This document shows, piece after piece, positions 46,943-55,695 of a stretch of DNA of 64,000 nucleotides (the stretch's first letter is position 1; the number at the start of each line of letters is the position of its first letter). The stretch comes from Drouetiella hepatica Uher 2000/2452 (GTDB taxonomy: Bacteria > Cyanobacteriota > Cyanobacteriia > Elainellales > Elainellaceae): the NCBI GenBank assembly GCA_019359505.1, contig JAHHHD010000019.1, forward strand, positions 1 through 64,000, in the 5' to 3' direction. The notes beneath the pieces were generated by a model. The model saw nothing but the letters and a program-made list of their open reading frames with translations, had not been told where the DNA came from and made no database searches. The position numbers were made by a program, and so were the translations under genes.

Positions 46943-47254
46943 GCAAAGGACTGTCACTCAAATGATCGATATCGACCAAAGAAAATGAATAATTCTATTC
47001 ATTTTAGTTACAGGGCTAGTAGGTGCGTCGTTATTCTTAGCCATACGCTGCAAAAATAGTGCCTCTTGCAAACATAATCCAACATCTTGTGCAAGCCTTA
47101 ATGCCTTAAAACCTGCAAAGGCTTCTGAACTAAATAGGAGAAGGAAAAAGGCAGTAGATGATATCTCTTAAGCGATAGCGGAAGCTTATCGCCAGGTCAT
47201 CACATACGGTCTTTTCTGCTCAATTTAGTGCTGTATATACAGCACTCCAAAAAA
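46943..47254 (+). pseudogene. Decayed tandem duplicate of the 46570-46942 unit
   Basis: Copy 2 starts with GCAAAGGACTGTCACTCAAATGATCGATATCGACC, against GCAAAGGACAGTCACTCAAATGAACAATATCGACC in copy 1. It reaches a TGA after 8 codons, has internal deletions, and its 3' flank is conserved through ACAGCACTCCAAAAAAA. Confidence 0.6.
47227..47246. promoter_or_regulatory. Perfect 20-bp palindrome AGTGCTGTATATACAGCACT upstream of MOB module 2; oriT or operator candidate
   Basis: Exact 10+10 inverted repeat, 8 nt before the RHH gene ATG. An imperfect copy lies at 46898-46917. Confidence 0.3.
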
Positions 47255-47614
47255 ATGAGAAGCAAGCAGATAGAAACTATTAGTTTCAAACTAGATGAGC
47301 AAACAACCGACAAGCTTAAAGCAATAGCTCTTCAAAGCAACATATCTCATCACGGAGCAGCAAGGGCAATTATTATAACTGCCCTTTGCTCCTCGCCGGC
47401 TGAAGCTAGCACAACTTCTCTTCCAGGTGCATCAGGTGAACTAAAAGCTGACCTGTCTTACCTCAACTCGCACTTAGAGCAGATAACCTCTGCTCTAGCC
47501 GCTCAGAGTAAATTCTCAAGCCTTCTAGCAATCTTGCTACTTGTGAATATGGGGGTAGCTTCCGAGGAAGCAGAAAATGCCGTTTCAGAGCTTCTGGAGG
47601 CAAGCAGATGGTAG
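47255..47614 (+). CDS. Relaxosome accessory RHH protein (module 2)
   Basis: MRSKQIETISFKLDEQTTDKLKAIALQSNISHHGAARAIIITAL parallels the module-1 RHH protein. The ATG at 47255 is preferred over the GTG at 47228. The gene overlaps the relaxase start. Confidence 0.55.
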   Translation: MRSKQIETISFKLDEQTTDKLKAIALQSNISHHGAARAIIITALCSSPAEASTTSLPGASGELKADLSYLNSHLEQITSALAAQSKFSSLLAILLLVNMGVASEEAENAVSELLEASRW

Positions 47615-49493
47615 CGTCCGTGAGTATTATAAGTGGCTCTAGCGGTGATTACTTCACAAGAGCAATTGTCTATTACAAAAGTGAGGATCGAGAACCTGAA
47701 AAGGGTGAGCTTCAAGGTGAGTTTTATGGCTCCTTTGCAAAGAGTCTTGAGCTAGATAGGCAGGCGATCGCACACAAGGATAGACGCTTAAGTTCGCTAA
47801 TGCAGGGGATAGATCCGACAACGGGGAAGGTGCTGAGAAAAGGTGGCAAAACGGTTGATGAAAGTGGAGTTGAGAAGAAAAAGAATTCGTCGGTTGGAGC
47901 AATTGATATTACCTTTTCAGCTCCAAAAGATGTGTCAATTGCAGCCTTTTTAGCCCCGGAGAAGGAACGGCTTCAAATTGAGAAAGCTCATAACGAATCC
48001 GTTAAAGCTGCCCTTACTCATCTTGAAGAAAACTATGCCTTTCTGAGAACAGCTTCAGGCAATGAGAAGGCTCAAATTGTAGCAGGCATCTTTGCACATA
48101 CAACTTCTCGTGATGGAGATCCACAATTACACTCTCATGGCGTAGTGCTTAATTCCTGCCAGGGCAAGGAGTCAGGGAAAACTGGGGCACTTGATGGCAT
48201 GGCTATTTTACAAGCTCAGCACAGGCTTGGAGAAATCTATCGGAACGAATTACAGCACAAGCTAGAAAATTTAGGCTACATAACGCGACAAGTCTCTCTC
48301 CAGAGAGGCTACAGCTTCGAGATTACTAATATCGGGCTTACCCAGGAAGTAAGAGACCATTTTTCAAAACGAAGCGAAGCGATCGATAAAGAAGTAAGTG
48401 AGCATCCTGAAAAGTCACGCTCAAAAGCTGCTGTAGATACACGAAAAAAAAAGAGGAGAAAGTTGATAGAGCTGCTTGCTTTAAGCGGTGGAAAGCTGAA
48501 GGACTAGCTTTAGGGCTTGATCTAGAAAAGCTTAAATTAAAAGAGAAATCTTTAACTCAAGGACAAAAAGAAACTACTAAAGGAGAACTTGAAAAGAATG
48601 TTCTAAGAACACTTGTAAAAAAAGAAGCTCTTAAAGCTTTTACCGAGAAAGAGGTTTCATCAGCAGTCTTGAGACAAAGTAAGGGGCAATTTTCAAGTAA
48701 AGAATGTGAACAAATATCTAAAGAAATAATCAACAAGAATCTTCGAGAGATTGGGAGTGATTTAGAAAGATGGAAAAGACAAGACAAGGAAAAGCCACTT
48801 CACCTACGTATTAAAACAAATAAATCTTACACGTTAAGGAGAATGAGCAATGAGATTCAAAAAAGGCTTGGAACAGTTGAGCAGCAAAGACTTTCAGATA
48901 TCTATTCAAAGAGAGAAGAGCTTAAAGCTAAAAGCCTTGAGAAGCAAACCCTTGAAGGCAATAAGGCACGTCTATACACATTAAATAAAGAAGGAAGAGA
49001 AAAAGTAAAAGACTCTGCATATGCAATAGTGCGATCGAACTTTGCGCCCTGGCTTCAAAAGCTTTTACCAGAAGGGCAAGCTTTAAGTTATGAGTATCGA
49101 CAAAAACAGTTTGAGAAATCAAAACAAAAATTTGCTAAAAAGCAAAAACGATTTGAGAAAAGACAAAAACAGTTCAAAAGAAAAATGTTCTTTGCCTACA
49201 TGAAAGGGCATATCTCAAGGTCAAAGTATATACAAATTCGAGACGGCAAGAAACAAGAAAAATCAAAGATTTTGATACAAGTAAAATACGCAACGCACAA
49301 CATGAACAAAAAACAACGTGATTACTTACTCCGAAAACTTGATAAAGCCCAAACAAAAGTTGAAGAGAAAAAGCTGTCAAGCAGATTTTCAACTACTCCG
49401 CAAAAAGAACCAGTTAAGGAGAGAGAAAAAGAGAAGCCCAAAGAGCAGCCGAAAGAAAAGCAAAAAGAAAAGTCAAAAGAACGTGATAGGTAA
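47608..49493 (+). CDS. MOBF/TrwC-type relaxase (module 2) interrupted at an A9 run; the zero frame stops at 48507 and the -1 frame continues to 49493
   Basis: HTTSRDGDPQLHSHGVVLN histidine triad. After the A9 run (48444-48452), the -1 frame reads KKEEKVDRAACFKRWKAEGLALGLDLEKL. This parallels relaxase 1 RKAKGYKSRHELFLDWQEQGKALGLSEGL. The -1 frame is open from 48447 through the track ORF 48669-49493. Confidence 0.75.
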
Positions 49494-49499
49494 CTAACA

Positions 49500-50192
49500 A
49501 TGCAAACACGTAGTGAAACAAAAAGACGACTTAAGAAAACACTGGGAAGCCTTCTATGTCTGGCATTTGGAGTATATACAGGAAGAGTAATAGGGTTATT
49601 TATCGGAAGATTAGTTTTTTACACCTTACAGGCACATTCAACGTATGGGTTCTTTACCTGGATTGTGTCAGTGGCAATAGGAGTTAGAACTGAAGAGTTA
49701 ACAGCAGAAAGCTTAGCTCAAGCAATGAGTAGCTTTGAAAACTTTTTTCGCCTACTTGGAATGGTTTTCTTTGGAGAAGCGGGGGTAAGAGTTCATTACT
49801 GGTACTACTATTTAAGAGGCATTAAAACTTACCATGCATTTACGTTTGATAGCTTTAGAAAGCACTTTTTCCATATTGATAACGCCTATGTTGATATGCT
49901 CTGGGCTTTAATCTATGTGGTAAGCCTTGATACGGTGCGGGGTGTTTTGTGCTTTGTAGCAGGAAACGCTGTGTATGGTTACTTTTCTGGCATCTTGGGG
50001 TTTTACGCTATATTTCCAACACTTTTTGCAATCATACTAATTTTTCAGTGGGCAACTGAAACTGTAAAAAACGTTCTTCATCCACATCGAATTGAGTGGG
50101 AAATTCAAGATAGTTCGCTCATTAAAGCAGTGCTTTCAAAACGAGAGGAAGAGAACCTTTTAGGCAGAGGTCGAGAAGAGGAGGATGAATAA
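49500..50192 (+). CDS. Polytopic membrane protein, the likely detached TM domain of the downstream T4CP
   Basis: 4-5 hydrophobic helices and an 8-nt overlap with the T4CP gene. T4CP 1 carries an equivalent TM region fused to it. Confidence 0.55.
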   Translation: MQTRSETKRRLKKTLGSLLCLAFGVYTGRVIGLFIGRLVFYTLQAHSTYGFFTWIVSVAIGVRTEELTAESLAQAMSSFENFFRLLGMVFFGEAGVRVHYWYYYLRGIKTYHAFTFDSFRKHFFHIDNAYVDMLWALIYVVSLDTVRGVLCFVAGNAVYGYFSGILGFYAIFPTLFAIILIFQWATETVKNVLHPHRIEWEIQDSSLIKAVLSKREEENLLGRGREEEDE

Positions 50193-51924
50193 AAAGCTCT
50201 GCTGGAAGCTTCTTAAAGTCGCTAAAACGTTACTTAAAGCACTCTCAAAGATTATTTACAGCATTTTAGCTGACATGAGGCGAGATTCTTCGCTCGAATA
50301 TCGGCATGGTCATTCAATCATTGATACTGCCTGGGATATTCATCGTGAGAATCAAACGGAACTTGTTGCTAGTAAGGATCGCCAGATTAAGCAAAGTGAG
50401 GCAGCTCAAAAAGGCATACTGGCGGATCATCAATCGCCGGCTCTTCCAGCAGATTACGATCGAGAAAAGTACGTTCCCTTTGGACTAGGTTTTCAAAAGA
50501 TTGATGAGACTGAGGGGCATTTCCTTATAAGCGGCGTTACAGGCTCTGGTAAGGGCTTACTGACCCAAATTACAATGGCTCACGTCTTATCTCTTCAGAA
50601 AAGGCGAGTAGTCATTATCGACCCTAAGAACGATACACTAGGAATTCTTCATGGGATGAATATCCCTTATAAGTATTTTAATATTGCATCTACTCGTGGG
50701 ATTGCCTGGGATATTGCAAAAGATGCTGGAAGCTACACCAAACTTCCCCAAATAGCAGCAATTCTTCTTCCTGCTGATGAAAAAGCTACTGATAATTTTT
50801 GGCTCTTTGCATCTCGTGCCTTGCTTGTTGCAATCATGCGAGTCTTTATCTATCTCTTTCAAGATGAATGGGCATTCCATGACGTTGTTAAGGCTGCAAC
50901 ATTTCTTTCAAGAGAAGAGCTAATTACGTTCCTTAAGCAATGCCCTGGAAATGAGGCAATTATTCTTTCACTCTTTAGTGAAGAAGTTGAAAAGGCTTCA
51001 GCAAACGTGATGCTTGAAGTATTTACAAAGCTTGAAAGGCTAAACACTGCTGCGGTTCATAGTCAGCAGGCGACAGAAAAAATTAGCTTAAAAGAATTCA
51101 TGCAGCAAGATGATGGAGTGCTTGTTATTGGAATGGATCTAACTGAGAAAGAAGCTCATATGCCAATGATTCATGCAATCTTTAGGCGGCTGTGTGATTT
51201 TATCTTAGCCCTACCTGAGTACCCGGATGTTAAAACTTGGTTTTTTATAGATGAGGTAATTTTTCTAGGCTACTTGCCTGGGCTATTAGATTTGATGGTT
51301 TTTGCACGTTCTAAAAATGCCCTTGTCACTTTAGCTATTCAAGGGATGGAAGGGATGGAAGAGATTTACAAAAAAAACTTCTCAGAAATTATTGTTGAGA
51401 TGTGTAGATACAAAGCAATTTTACGCTCAACTGCGAGGACTGCTAGATGGGTCTCATCACTTTTTGGAAAAGTTGAAGTATACGATTCAACATCAAGCGA
51501 TAATTTTGGCTCTCAAGGCGTATCAGGTGGAAGCCAGGTGCGAAAAGAAGGCAGAGAAAAGTTCTACGATTCAACTTTTTTGGAGCTTCCTTTTCCGAGC
51601 AAGGCAAAAAAATTAGGATTAACGGGATTTTTTATCACGCCTGATAAGGCAGAAACAAGGAAAATTTCAAGCGAAAGGCTTGAAGCCTTAATGCCTAAAA
51701 AAGTAGAAGTTGCAAAGGAGGAATCTATAGACAATGAACAGCAATTACTTGTGCCGTGGAGTGAAAAAGAGAAGGCGAGATTTATCTATGGAGATAGAGA
51801 AAAGGAGGAGGTAACAATTGATGATTTACTAGATGAGCAGGTAGTTGAATATTTCTTAAATTTCACTGAAGAATTCGCAAGGAAGCTAAAACAAAAAGAT
51901 GAGCATGAAAAAACAGAAGATTGA
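50185..51924 (+). CDS. Type IV coupling protein ATPase domain (TraG/VirD4 family), lacking an N-terminal TM region
   Basis: Walker A ISGVTGSGKG, Walker B WFFIDEV, and a GAGGAGG RBS. Confidence 0.85.
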   Translation: MNKKLCWKLLKVAKTLLKALSKIIYSILADMRRDSSLEYRHGHSIIDTAWDIHRENQTELVASKDRQIKQSEAAQKGILADHQSPALPADYDREKYVPFGLGFQKIDETEGHFLISGVTGSGKGLLTQITMAHVLSLQKRRVVIIDPKNDTLGILHGMNIPYKYFNIASTRGIAWDIAKDAGSYTKLPQIAAILLPADEKATDNFWLFASRALLVAIMRVFIYLFQDEWAFHDVVKAATFLSREELITFLKQCPGNEAIILSLFSEEVEKASANVMLEVFTKLERLNTAAVHSQQATEKISLKEFMQQDDGVLVIGMDLTEKEAHMPMIHAIFRRLCDFILALPEYPDVKTWFFIDEVIFLGYLPGLLDLMVFARSKNALVTLAIQGMEGMEEIYKKNFSEIIVEMCRYKAILRSTARTARWVSSLFGKVEVYDSTSSDNFGSQGVSGGSQVRKEGREKFYDSTFLELPFPSKAKKLGLTGFFITPDKAETRKISSERLEALMPKKVEVAKEESIDNEQQLLVPWSEKEKARFIYGDREKEEVTIDDLLDEQVVEYFLNFTEEFARKLKQKDEHEKTED

Positions 51925-52051
51925 AATAGCTCTTAAAGCTATGTTGCCTGATGTGTTACTTACGAAAAAACAGATTGAGGAAATCACAGGCTTATCTGAC
52001 AACACTGTAGTTACAACCATTAATCCACTGAAGAATTTGCAAGGAAGCTAG
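51899..52051 (+). pseudogene. Truncated duplicate (50 codons) of the 5' end of the 52061 gene, created by a 162-bp tandem duplication
   Basis: MSMKKQKIEIALKAMLPDVLLTKKQIEEITGLSDNTVVTT here, against MSMKKQKTAIEIEAAFTALPLETLLTKKQIEEITGLSDNTVVTT in the full gene. It overlaps the T4CP 3' end in another frame. Confidence 0.45.
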
Positions 52052-52060
52052 AGCAAAAAG

Positions 52061-52639
52061 ATGAGCATGAAAAAACAGAAGACGGCAATTGAAATTGAAG
52101 CGGCTTTTACAGCCCTGCCTCTTGAAACTTTACTCACCAAAAAACAGATTGAGGAAATCACAGGCTTATCTGACAACACTGTAGTCACAACACTTGCTAA
52201 ATGCGGAATCCCGACTAGCAGCAGAACCTACTCAGTGGCTCTTTTACTAGAAAGGTTTGTGCCTGCAAGAAAAATCTTAGATGACGGAGGAACATATGAA
52301 AAAGTAGAGCAGTTTGTAAAAACCCTATCGCCTCTTGAAAGTGCAGAAGATGAAGAAGATGGAGGGGCGTTAATTGACGCATTAGATCAGCTTGAAGAAG
52401 ATGCTGCACAGGTTCTCTACGGTGCAATAGAAGAGAGAGCTGAGAGGCTAGTAGGGTATATGCCCAAAATGCTTATGAAGGCTGTCTCAGGGGCAATTCT
52501 TAAGGGTGCAGGCAGACAAAAGTTTAAGACTGAACTAATGCAAATACTAAAAGTTGAAAACTCAACTGGACAGCAAAAACGATTAGCTAATCCAGAAGAA
52601 GCACAGAAGCTTTTACCGTCTGAGACCCAAGACTCATAA
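52061..52639 (+). CDS. Hypothetical protein with a probable N-terminal HTH (192 aa)
   Basis: TKKQIEEITGLSDNTVVTTLAKCGIP resembles an HTH. The C-terminal half is acidic. Confidence 0.5.
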   Translation: MSMKKQKTAIEIEAAFTALPLETLLTKKQIEEITGLSDNTVVTTLAKCGIPTSSRTYSVALLLERFVPARKILDDGGTYEKVEQFVKTLSPLESAEDEEDGGALIDALDQLEEDAAQVLYGAIEERAERLVGYMPKMLMKAVSGAILKGAGRQKFKTELMQILKVENSTGQQKRLANPEEAQKLLPSETQDS

Positions 52640-52663
52640 AAACAAAAAGAGGATTCAATCACC

Positions 52664-52876
52664 ATGAAACGCTTAGTAACAACGTGCGGATTAGTAGCTT
52701 CACTACTCCTAACTTCTTGCTCAAAACCAGAGCCAAAAACAGTGTATTTAGCCTTAGAGACGCAGACTGAGAAACAAAGAGAGCTTAATCAAGACATAAC
52801 TCACGAGCTAGCTAGAAAAATGCACTCAGGGGACTTTGTAATAGTTGATCAGTTAGTTGGAGGAAGCGAGGAATGA
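52664..52876 (+). CDS. Short lipoprotein, a truncated paralog of the 53192 gene
   Basis: Lipobox LLLTSC. KTVYLALETQTEKQ parallels QTVYVALESNTSEE in the 194-aa protein. Confidence 0.5.
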   Translation: MKRLVTTCGLVASLLLTSCSKPEPKTVYLALETQTEKQRELNQDITHELARKMHSGDFVIVDQLVGGSEE

Positions 52877-53191
52877 GCGAGAGTGCAACTGCTGCTAATG
52901 ATGAAGCTGGAAGTCTAGAGCTTCTTGATTCAATGCTCTTTGAGGGGACGACAACTCTCATAGAGGGAAGACTTAAACAGTTTATTTTGCATACACCTCA
53001 ATATTTTATCGGGTGCCGTGGTGAGGCTTCTCAATAATCCTAAAATCCGTGCTGAGATCCTTAAAAAAGTTGCAATCAGCGTGAAAAGTGAGCCGATCGC
53101 TCTCGAAGCTAAAACCGTTCGGCTTGAGAGCATGAATCTTTTGCCTGAGTCCAAGTCCGAAGAATAGTTATTTCAAGAGGTTTTTTCCATT

Positions 53192-53776
53192 ATGTTCCAA
53201 CCGAAATTGCTACTTGGGTTTTCGTTGCTGTGTATACCTTTTATCCCTGGATGTGACTCTCCACCGGAGAGACATCAAACTGTGTATGTCGCTCTTGAAA
53301 GTAATACCAGTGAGGAAAAGCTCTTTAGTCAGGATGTTCTTTACGAAATGTCTGAGAACTTCTCAGGACGATCGCAAATTGTGATTGATGAATTAAAAGG
53401 GAAAAGTACGGTTAATGTGTTCTCCGATAAGGCATCATCCCACGCTCTAAGAGAGGCTATTGACGTAGTTGAGATTACGCTCTCAGATGATGAAGCCTTA
53501 GTGTCTGCGATTCATAGAGCAGCTCTGCTGGGGCAAGACAATAAGCCTGTGTTTGCCGTCCTTGTAACCTCTGGAACCATTGATAAACAGTCGATAGCAA
53601 AGATTAGAGCAGCTACAAAAGACATCAAGGAAAACACGTTTCTCTACGTGATTGGGGTTACAGAAGAGAACAGGCTCCCTATGTCAAATGCGTTCTCTGA
53701 GGTTAGAGGGAACGTAAAACTTGGAAGCTCTGAAACTGAAATGCTGTCCGTTGCTTCAAAACTAAAGGGGAAATAG
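53192..53776 (+). CDS. Lipoprotein (194 aa)
   Basis: Signal peptide with lipobox FIPGC. Confidence 0.6.
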   Translation: MFQPKLLLGFSLLCIPFIPGCDSPPERHQTVYVALESNTSEEKLFSQDVLYEMSENFSGRSQIVIDELKGKSTVNVFSDKASSHALREAIDVVEITLSDDEALVSAIHRAALLGQDNKPVFAVLVTSGTIDKQSIAKIRAATKDIKENTFLYVIGVTEENRLPMSNAFSEVRGNVKLGSSETEMLSVASKLKGK

Positions 53777-53778
53777 TC

Positions 53779-54801
53779 ATGGAATACTCTATTAACGAAG
53801 TCGCAAAGCTCCCAGATGATCTGTTTCAAGATCCGCATACTCGCCCGTTAGCTATTGCTCTTTCGCACTTAAGCCCTGATGAGCTGTCGCTCTGGTGGGA
53901 TGAGGTGAGACCGCTTAGAGCAATTTGGATTAGCGAGTGTAAGAAGTATGAGGATTTGCTCACCTCTCGTAAAATCGCTGAAGGAGTGATCATTAGCCAC
54001 ACGACAAGAGAGGCTGAGAATGTTTTGGTCAAGTGGATTAAAGCTTTTGCCATAGACACACTCCGGCTTAAGAAGACATCCAAAGGGATTGATTTTAAGC
54101 AGTTCATGACCAAAAAAGGAGGATTGCAGGTAGTAGCCGCAGGCTTAAGCTTCATGCAGATTCTAGCAATTAGCGAACTGCTGGGGGTGCAGATTGATAA
54201 TTTAGAGCCTTCAGACATTCCGTTGGCGGTGGTCTCTATAATCGCTGCTCTAAGCCTTACATTTGGCTCTAAGGAGGCTCTTGTCTTCTGGGTTAAGGCA
54301 AAACGGTATGATGGGGTCTCCCAACCCTTCTGGAAGCGTTTAACAAGTGGAGATAGCCTGTTTTTATGCTCCCTTACTCTAATTGTCCTAGAGATGGCTT
54401 TTGCCGCACCTGGGCTTATCTCTCTTTTGCCTCCGCGTCAGGCTAGTCAATTTCTGCCACAGGTCACGGCTTACTGTGCATCTGGGCTTGGAGCCTTCGT
54501 GAACATTATGCTTTCCTACGGGATTGCCTACGACGAAATCGCCTTTGAGAAGAAGTTTTCACTAAAAGTTGAGGTAGAGCCAGACCCAAGAGAGCAGATT
54601 ATCGATACCTTCAATATTGACCTTGAAACGGCTCGGCTAATCCGGGCTAACTACGATAAGGAAGCAAGGTTTCAGGAGAGAATTGTCCATCAGGCTGAAA
54701 AGCGGTATATGAGAGCATTAGAGCGGTGGCGAAAGCAGGTTAAGCGGATTGTGCGATCTCGTGAGTTTCGTCGGGGGGAATTTGGGAAAGGGTCTGTTTA
54801 A
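53779..54801 (+). CDS. Hypothetical membrane protein (340 aa)
   Basis: Several central hydrophobic helices. The start lies 2 nt after the upstream stop. Confidence 0.55.
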   Translation: MEYSINEVAKLPDDLFQDPHTRPLAIALSHLSPDELSLWWDEVRPLRAIWISECKKYEDLLTSRKIAEGVIISHTTREAENVLVKWIKAFAIDTLRLKKTSKGIDFKQFMTKKGGLQVVAAGLSFMQILAISELLGVQIDNLEPSDIPLAVVSIIAALSLTFGSKEALVFWVKAKRYDGVSQPFWKRLTSGDSLFLCSLTLIVLEMAFAAPGLISLLPPRQASQFLPQVTAYCASGLGAFVNIMLSYGIAYDEIAFEKKFSLKVEVEPDPREQIIDTFNIDLETARLIRANYDKEARFQERIVHQAEKRYMRALERWRKQVKRIVRSREFRRGEFGKGSV

Positions 54802-54828
54802 CAGATCATCTCCTTCCGTTTTACCTGC

Positions 54829-54865
54829 AATTTGTGCTACAACCCGTAGCACAAATTTCTTTTGG
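54829..54865 (+). terminator. Rho-independent terminator
   Basis: AATTTGTGCTAC / AACCC / GTAGCACAAATT (12-bp perfect stem), followed by TCTTTTGG. Confidence 0.6.
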
Positions 54866-54874
54866 ACATAATTT

Positions 54875-55438
54875 ATGCCAACGGTGTACGTAATAGGTGG
54901 GGCGAATGGAGCAGGAAAGACTACCACATCTCTAATTCTCTTACCGACCAGCTTGAACGTGATCGAGTTTGTTAATGCTGACGCTATTGCTGCTGGAATT
55001 TCTCCATTAAATCCTGAGTCAATGGCAATGCAAGCAGGAAGAATCATGCTTGAGCGCTTAGAGCTGCTCTCATCCTCTGGAGCCAATTTTGCATTCGAGA
55101 CAACGTTGGCATCCCGGACTTTTGCCCCGTTTCTGCGAAAATGCAAGGATAGAGGCTATGCGATCGCTCTAATCTACTTTTGGCTTCGTAGCGCTGATCT
55201 GGCGATTGAGCGGGTATCAAGGCGAGTTGCAGCAGGAGGACACTCAATACCAGATGATGTAGTGCGACGACGATATGAGAGAGGGCGAACTAATCTAACA
55301 AGCCTATATCTTCCTTTGGTTGATGAATGGATGATTTTTGATAATTCAGAGTCAGAATCAATACTTGTTGCAGAACAAGAATTAGGACAAAATCAAGTTA
55401 TCTACAATAACGATATATGGAGTCAAATTAGAAGGTAA
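54875..55438 (+). CDS. Zeta-toxin-like P-loop kinase (COG4185-type)
   Basis: VYVIGGANGAGKTT Walker A. FVNADAIAAGISPLNPE...FAFETTLASR...GGHSIPDDVVRRRYERG matches the family pattern. Confidence 0.8.
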   Translation: MPTVYVIGGANGAGKTTTSLILLPTSLNVIEFVNADAIAAGISPLNPESMAMQAGRIMLERLELLSSSGANFAFETTLASRTFAPFLRKCKDRGYAIALIYFWLRSADLAIERVSRRVAAGGHSIPDDVVRRRYERGRTNLTSLYLPLVDEWMIFDNSESESILVAEQELGQNQVIYNNDIWSQIRR

Positions 55439-55441
55439 AAC

Positions 55442-55609
55442 ATGGAACAGAATCAAAATAAACATCGCTTGATCGAAGCTGGAGTTAAAAAGGCAGTAGC
55501 TCTTGCTCTTGAGAGGCACAGACGACTCGGTGAATCAATCGCTGTCTGGAAAGATGGTCAGGTTGTTATTGTACCTCCTGAGGAAATCCCATCAAATCCA
55601 GGTAGTTAG
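55442..55609 (+). CDS. Small ORF (55 aa) 3 nt downstream of the zeta-like gene; possible partner or antitoxin
   Basis: ATG 55442 to TAG 55607-55609, below the ORF-track cutoff. A decayed copy of it, together with the zeta 3' end, recurs at 61184-61378. Confidence 0.4.
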   Translation: MEQNQNKHRLIEAGVKKAVALALERHRRLGESIAVWKDGQVVIVPPEEIPSNPGS

Positions 55610-55695
55610 TTTGATTCGATTCGTACTTGAAAATTTAGTCAACAGCTTGTTGCTCAAATTCTATGGAGACATAACAAATGAAAAACAGCATGGCT

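Noticed and set aside
48669-49493. Lys-rich 274-aa ORF as an independent gene starting at TTG
   Set aside because: The frame is open upstream back to the A9 run. Its upstream part aligns with relaxase 1, so it is interpreted as the C-terminal part of relaxase 2.
49380-49493. KE/KP-rich low-complexity 3' region considered as a separate repeat feature
   Set aside because: It is simple charged low-complexity coding sequence at the end of the relaxase reading frame, with no exact tandem unit.
52873-53166. Two sub-threshold ORFs (52873-53037 and a +1-frame continuation to 53166) that could be one frameshifted ~97-aa gene
   Set aside because: The start overlaps the upstream stop (ATGA), which is suggestive. 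However, I have no motif or homolog support for either half, and the inferred shift site (TTTT at about 53003) is weak.
54718-55146. 142-aa minus-strand ORF overlapping the zeta-like kinase gene
   Set aside because: It lies antisense to a gene with a clear Walker A and family motifs, and its sequence has no recognisable features.
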